A DNA stretch of 62,934 nucleotides, filler included. It is 7 parts of 7 records of this genome, joined end to end, with 100 filler letters (N's around TTAATTAATTAA, not from the genome) between each part and the next. Parts side by side here need not be neighbours in the genome. Positions count along the whole stretch, not along the records: positions 47,722 to 62,934 come from SRR31156797_30792; 6 more parts are not named here. One strand, 5' to 3'. The stretch's first letter is position 1, and the number at the start of each line of letters is the position of its first letter. The notes under the pieces were generated by a model that did not search any database, was not told the origin of the DNA, and saw only the letters and a list, made by a program, of their open reading frames with translations. This document shows positions 58,601-62,934 of this stretch, one piece after another. The position numbers and the translations under genes were made by a program.

Positions 58601-60152
58601 CGACTACCCTTTGCCTCCCGGCTGGGAATTTAACATGACACCTGTATCCCACAATATTTCAATTCCTGAAGATTTCATACCAACATTCAATGATGAGCCG
58701 TTGGATTATGGCGACTACATCGGTGTCTTCTACCTGCATGATGACGGCTTTGCTGCTTGTGGAGGTGCCATTCAGTTCAACTTTGAAGAAACAGTTATCA
58801 CAGCATTTGGCGATGATAATTTTACTCCTGAAAAAGACGGATTCAATACGGGTGATTTGTTGATGTGGAAAATCTACCGGCAGGCCGAAGAATCCACCTA
58901 TGACGCTTCAATAACTTACAACGAATCATTTCCACAATATGATGGCCTGTATTACCCCAATGGGTTATCACAGCTTTTGTCGCTTACGGCAACATCCTAC
59001 TCCATCCACAACCTGGAAATTACCGCAGGCTGGAGCGGAATCTCCACATGGGTTGATCCGGTTGAGAAAAATGTGGAGACCATTTTTGCGCCCCACCTCA
59101 ATAACTTTGTAATCATGTCATCAGCTTCAGCCATGTATTATCCCGCAAACGACATCAATACCATAGGAAACTGGAACCACCACACGGGCTATAAAATCAA
59201 AACACTGGATGAATTTACCATTGAATTCACCGGTGAAATGATAGCTGACCCGACCGTAAACCTGGATTCAGGCTGGAACCTCATCCCGGTAAAAACTTCG
59301 TGTGGAGCAGCAACTGCCGATATCGCTGCACAATTAACCGGATTGAACATCATTAAAGGCGTGGCAACTACTGAGGTTTTCTGGCCCGAATACCAGATCG
59401 AAACACTGGAACATATGGTCGCAGGAAAGGCATACTGGCTGTCAATTTCACAGGACAACAGCTATACCTACCCTGAATGTACCGGGAACCTGAATGCAGA
59501 AATTATGCAGAGCACAGGAATCATAGAAACGCCCTGGAATGATGTTCAGACAACAGGTGTTTCGCACCTCGTGGCCATCCCCGCTGACATCCTGCTGGAA
59601 TCGGATTTGCAGACCGGAGATATTATTGGCGTTTTCACCGCTGAAGAGATTTGTGCCGGTGTGGTAGAGATCAGTGCACTCGGACAAAGTCATTCCATAC
59701 TTGCGTTTGCTGATGATGAAACTACCAGCACAAAAGACGGATTTAACAATTCAGAGGAGCTTACTTTCAGGATGCATCGCCCCTCCAACAATAAATCAGG
59801 AAACATCGATGTAACCTGGGAATCTGCTAAACCACATCAGGGCTTTTTTGCAGACAATGGTATTTCTGCTATGAAGTCTATCGTTGTGAATTCATTGGGA
59901 TTGGATGATAAAAATGAAACTTCCATAGGGATTGCTCCCAATCCATCAAATGGTAATTTCAAAATTCTGGTTTCTGAAAATGCCACAATCAGCATCTCAG
60001 ATTCCCACGGGACCATAATCATTTACAATCAGCACATTACAGCAAAGGACAACCCTGAAATAGACCTTTCCTTACAGACTGCGGGTATCTATTTTGTAAA
60101 AATCACCTCAGCAAACCATACCTTTGTGCGGAAGGTGTTGCTGACGGAATAG
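55605..60152 (+). CDS. Multimodular GH57/GH119-like alpha-glucanase with two starch-binding CBM-like repeats, a carboxypeptidase-regulatory-like domain, accessory beta modules and T9SS CTD
   Basis: WHLQQPIYW, GFWPAE, AHDGDN; two LHWG...WDNNNGQDY repeats; APNPSNG...GIYFVKI...RKVL CTD. Confidence 0.8.
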   Translation: MRKLYTLLLLSIMSTVAFGQVHTTYLWHLQQPIYWPEQSQWEPNQYQEAWESQYLKSNGGNIYPDGQAHPLNDLENIFGKDDRKAVYQWRTKDAVQTLLSLPDAGAQVNYSGCLIENVNSLAAAGQWGYGTGWQNNFQTARGWQTSGGHPRMDIVGFTFHHAIAPLISDRVLAKEIQAHRHIYQENFGGSPDYSKGFWPAECSFSERIIKVLDEEGFEWGVIANSHLARTLSDYPLSFGTSGCNIDPPNAADVISTIGSNWWSGQIDGRGGTFAAPYCYQAHKAQYVDPETGEVHKITVVPMDDVLSYMNGYALMGTGEIDSHIAPYDDPDHPSIVLMAHDGDNAWGGGYDYYQNSVPQFAQAAASQGYVPSTIQQFLASNPVPENNVVKVEDGSWVNAANDWGHPQFINWIWPMYTQDYEFNPNGWTEDARNWAVLVAAENFVIMAEDIAGTPPIGDVVEPDGNSSLLAKAWHHLLPGYTSGYMYYGTALDMEVKQSLAANIAVDYASQVINTKQSDDITPPSVFIPQRYPYNPGGTGFGPTYGYQQHQNSSDFTVWTFAFDVSGLQDVVLKYRLDDDGVNPLDDHANDIYAGGTGVGDWQSLAMESRLFPAENITNNPDIDFFIMPDHIAYQYWAEISGLSETLVDYYVEATDIHGNTFKTPIQHVYVGTYSPGGVGDVVWTPEEPDNNDLITIIVNNATQGANLHWGINGFNQPIEDYWPDGTFLVNGTGPAVETPFNGPTGEDQLILQIGPFNNTEQEVYNVSFVIHYADDTWDNNNGQDYAITLGPGGGDIVQWLPSEPTENETITITVNEASVGGKLHWGVNGWNQPDEGYWPDYSYLFGGSGPAVQSPMSGPNGEGQLTIEIGPFNNPVQSVTQVNFVISFDDGSWDNNNGQDYHLNITAAPDAGSLSGAVTNADNGDYLAGATVMVTDGIFSYSTKTSGEIVPGINYVIENIPPGTYSIDCEINGFEPQQLTEVEIVANETFNADFDMVPIDYPLPPGWEFNMTPVSHNISIPEDFIPTFNDEPLDYGDYIGVFYLHDDGFAACGGAIQFNFEETVITAFGDDNFTPEKDGFNTGDLLMWKIYRQAEESTYDASITYNESFPQYDGLYYPNGLSQLLSLTATSYSIHNLEITAGWSGISTWVDPVEKNVETIFAPHLNNFVIMSSASAMYYPANDINTIGNWNHHTGYKIKTLDEFTIEFTGEMIADPTVNLDSGWNLIPVKTSCGAATADIAAQLTGLNIIKGVATTEVFWPEYQIETLEHMVAGKAYWLSISQDNSYTYPECTGNLNAEIMQSTGIIETPWNDVQTTGVSHLVAIPADILLESDLQTGDIIGVFTAEEICAGVVEISALGQSHSILAFADDETTSTKDGFNNSEELTFRMHRPSNNKSGNIDVTWESAKPHQGFFADNGISAMKSIVVNSLGLDDKNETSIGIAPNPSNGNFKILVSENATISISDSHGTIIIYNQHITAKDNPEIDLSLQTAGIYFVKITSANHTFVRKVLLTE

Positions 60153-60295
60153 GGAGTAATTGGTGCGCTGGGAAACTTCACTTGTATCTTTAAGCGCAAC
60201 GAATACGGCGCTGTTTATTCACCAGACTGGAATATTCTACTACAATACCGGAACCCTCACAAGGTTAACTTAAAAAATTAATTTGAGCAAAAAAA

Positions 60296-61492
60296 ATGAA
60301 TCAAAAACTCACAAACCAAATCAACAAGCTGGCGGAAAAGTACCGCGACTACACCGCAAAAAACCTTTCAAAACTTGTTCAGATAAAGTCGCTGAGTTGT
60401 GGCGAAGAAAAGGTGCAACTTGAATTAAAACGCCAGATTGAAGAAGCCGGTTTTGATGAAGTGCGTATTGACGGGCTTGGAAATGTGATCGGCAGGATTG
60501 GATCTGGTGATAAAATCGTGGCCATCGACGGGCATATGGATACCGTGGATATGGGTAACCTGGAAAACTGGGATTTCGATCCACTGGGTGGAGAAATCAA
60601 AGATGGGTATGTTCTTGGCCGCGGAACTGTAGATCAGGAAGGAGGCGTGGCGGCATTTGTGACTGCCGGAAAAATCATCAAAGAACTGGGACTGGACAAA
60701 GGCCTCACCATTTATTTTACCGGCACCGTGATGGAAGAAGACTGCGACGGACTCTGCTGGAAATACCTCATCGAAGAAAAGGGCATCAAGCCTGATTTTG
60801 CCATCAGCACCGAACCCACCAACCTGAACATTTACCGCGGCCACCGCGGGCGCATGGAAATGCATGTGCATTTTTATGGCCTCTCCTCCCACGGCTCTGC
60901 ACCTGAACGCGGGAAGAACGCCATTTACATGGCCTCCCGAGCAGCACTCGAAATTGAAAAACTAAACGAACGCCTTAAAAACGACGACTTCCTGGGCAAA
61001 GGGTCCGTAACCATTTCGGAGGTCACTTCAGGCAGCCCTTCGCTATGTGCTGTGGCAGATTATGCCCGTATCCACCTTGACAGGCGCCTGACCTGGGGCG
61101 AGACCAAAGCCTCGGCTGTGGCTGAAGTGGAAGAGATCATCAAAGACATGAATGCCAGGGTAGAGGTGCTAAACTACAAACAAAAAGCCTGGACAGGACT
61201 GGAATATGGCATGGAAAAATACTATCCCACCTGGAAAATCCCTGAACACCACGAGGTGGTTCAAACCGGCGTGAAGGCTTACCAATCGCTGTTCAACAAA
61301 AAACCACTCGTTGATAAATGGACTTTCTCCACCAACGGCGTAGCCATCAATGGGCTCTACGGCATCCCCATGATCGGCTTTGGCCCGGGCAACGAAGTGC
61401 TGGCTCACGCCCCCAACGAAAAAGTCCCTGTGGACGACCTGGTGAAAGCTTCGGCTTTTTATGCAGGATTTGCGGGGGAGTTGGGAGAGTGA
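60296..61492 (+). CDS. ygeY: YgeY-family M20 metallohydrolase
   Basis: DGHMDTV, GRGTVDQEGG, EEDCDG, GHRGRME, WTFSTNG, AHAPNE. Confidence 0.88.
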   Translation: MNQKLTNQINKLAEKYRDYTAKNLSKLVQIKSLSCGEEKVQLELKRQIEEAGFDEVRIDGLGNVIGRIGSGDKIVAIDGHMDTVDMGNLENWDFDPLGGEIKDGYVLGRGTVDQEGGVAAFVTAGKIIKELGLDKGLTIYFTGTVMEEDCDGLCWKYLIEEKGIKPDFAISTEPTNLNIYRGHRGRMEMHVHFYGLSSHGSAPERGKNAIYMASRAALEIEKLNERLKNDDFLGKGSVTISEVTSGSPSLCAVADYARIHLDRRLTWGETKASAVAEVEEIIKDMNARVEVLNYKQKAWTGLEYGMEKYYPTWKIPEHHEVVQTGVKAYQSLFNKKPLVDKWTFSTNGVAINGLYGIPMIGFGPGNEVLAHAPNEKVPVDDLVKASAFYAGFAGELGE

Positions 61493-61750
61493 GTGCAGGA
61501 AGCTTTTAACCTCCTTCCAAATAGATTTTATCTTAAGTTTGAGGCACAAAATAGTAAACACTAAATTAGTATGAGGAAATCCGAATTCATTGAAGCAGAT
61601 AATGATCAGCGAAACAATAGTTTTACGAGTTCTGGCATGGCTTTTCAACGCATTGGATCAATTTTAAGGCATGAGGATGCTAATACAACTTAAATCTACA
61701 CAATTGTCGATGAACACTTTTTTTGCAAGTATTTAAATCTCTTAAACAGT

Positions 61751-62914
61751 TTGCCAAGGGAAATAAAAAATATCTTTACGATTGGAGTTAATCAAAATCG
61801 TATCTATGGCCTTGACATACTCAGGGCTCTGGCAATACTGTTTGTCATGTTTGGACATGGAAAGTATCTATTACCTGAAAAATTACACGTTCTTCACTGG
61901 TTATTTGTATTTGACGGTGTATCCATATTTTTTGTTTTAAGTGGCTATCTAATCGGTGGAATCCTTATCAAATTATTCACAAAAAACAACCCAACAAAAG
62001 AACTACTGGTGAAATTCTGGATTAGGAGGTGGTTTCGTACATTACCTAATTATTTTTTAATCTTATTTATTCTTATGGGACTTTCATTAATATTTAAAGA
62101 AAACTTTACGAGTTGGAGTGTTAAAAGATATTTTCTTTTTGCCCAAAATTTGTTTTATCAACATCCCACATTTTTCCCTGAGGCATGGAGTTTGAGTATC
62201 GAAGAATGGTTTTACGTAATTACCCCTGCAAGTATTATGTTAACTATATTTACTTTTAATGTTAAACCAAAAAATGCGATTCTTTCGATTGCCATAGTCA
62301 TCCTCTTATTCACAATTTCATTCAGATACTACAGGTATTTACAATATGACATTCATTCGCTGAGGCAATGGGATGAACTATACCGAAAACAAGTTATAAC
62401 TCGATTTGATAGCCTCATGTTTGGAGTTATTTGCGCATATATACAGCATTTTCATAAAAGTGTTTGGCTTAAGCACAAACATACCATGTTGTTTTCAGGA
62501 ATACTACTTTTTATATTTATAAAAACATTTGTGCTGTCAGGCTATGTTTCCCCTGGTGGATTTTATAATTGTGTACTTTCATTTTCCGTCACTGCAATTA
62601 GCACATCTTTACTACTCCCATATTTAAGCGATTTGCATTCAGGCAAGGGTCTATTATTCAAGAGTCTAACTAAAATTAGTTTAATTTCCTACTCTATGTA
62701 TTTGTTGAATTATTCAATTGTTCAGTTTTTTATAATTGATAAAATACCATGGTATTATTTGACAGGAAATAACTCCATTGTTATTATATCGAAGTACGTT
62801 TTCTATTGGGGATTTACAGTACTCGGCTCCATTTTAATCTATAAATACTACGAATTACCTATTATGAAACTGAGAGATAATAAAAAATTTAAAAAGACTA
62901 TAGACAACAACTAA
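61751..62914 (+). CDS. Acyltransferase 3 (OafA-like) membrane protein
   Basis: GLDILRALAI, GVSIFFVLSGYLI, RRWFRTLP, WSLSIEEWFY, SYSMYL. Confidence 0.92.
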   Translation: MPREIKNIFTIGVNQNRIYGLDILRALAILFVMFGHGKYLLPEKLHVLHWLFVFDGVSIFFVLSGYLIGGILIKLFTKNNPTKELLVKFWIRRWFRTLPNYFLILFILMGLSLIFKENFTSWSVKRYFLFAQNLFYQHPTFFPEAWSLSIEEWFYVITPASIMLTIFTFNVKPKNAILSIAIVILLFTISFRYYRYLQYDIHSLRQWDELYRKQVITRFDSLMFGVICAYIQHFHKSVWLKHKHTMLFSGILLFIFIKTFVLSGYVSPGGFYNCVLSFSVTAISTSLLLPYLSDLHSGKGLLFKSLTKISLISYSMYLLNYSIVQFFIIDKIPWYYLTGNNSIVIISKYVFYWGFTVLGSILIYKYYELPIMKLRDNKKFKKTIDNN

Positions 62915-62934
62915 GCGTCCTGCCTGGTTGCAAA

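Overview
This window is not one locus. It is seven unrelated contigs joined by six 100-nt artificial spacers (N runs flanking TTAATTAATTAA), so gene neighbourhoods mean nothing across a spacer. Taxonomic calls are impressions from base composition and gene style. C1 (1-9862, high GC, alphaproteobacterium-like): glnS, a LacI-controlled catabolic cluster and a fatty-acid desaturase. C2 (9963-17545, spirochaete-like): sugar ABC/LacI/ribokinase genes, plus a sigma54 two-component system upstream of a second sugar ABC operon. C3 (17646-24741, alphaproteobacterium-like): beta-PGM/otsB/GH65 trehalose genes and an orphan, divergent flagellin-like gene. C4 (24842-30576, low GC): lectin lipoprotein, PAS/PocR phosphorelay and a split DUF1456 pair. 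C5 (30677-37444, Bacteroidales-like): non-catalytic secreted proteins, namely a cohesin-like/Ig/dockerin-like scaffold, T9SS cargo and a PID-CTERM-like microprotein. C6 (37545-47621, deltaproteobacterium-like): gatB, then a YcaO-TPR fusion, an FHA-Zn-kinase and a Zn-kinase-TPR-14xWD40 protein. C7 (47722-62934, Bacteroidales-like): serine hydrolases, corA, a MORN-repeat protein, a cyanophycinase-like pseudoenzyme, a multimodular GH57/GH119-like glucanase, ygeY and an acyltransferase. The best candidates for undescribed systems are the YcaO-TPR plus dual-kinase unit (C6) and the cohesin/dockerin-like secreted cluster (C5). I saw no rRNA, tRNA, CRISPR array or transposase. All domain calls come from reading motifs by eye; no database searches were run.
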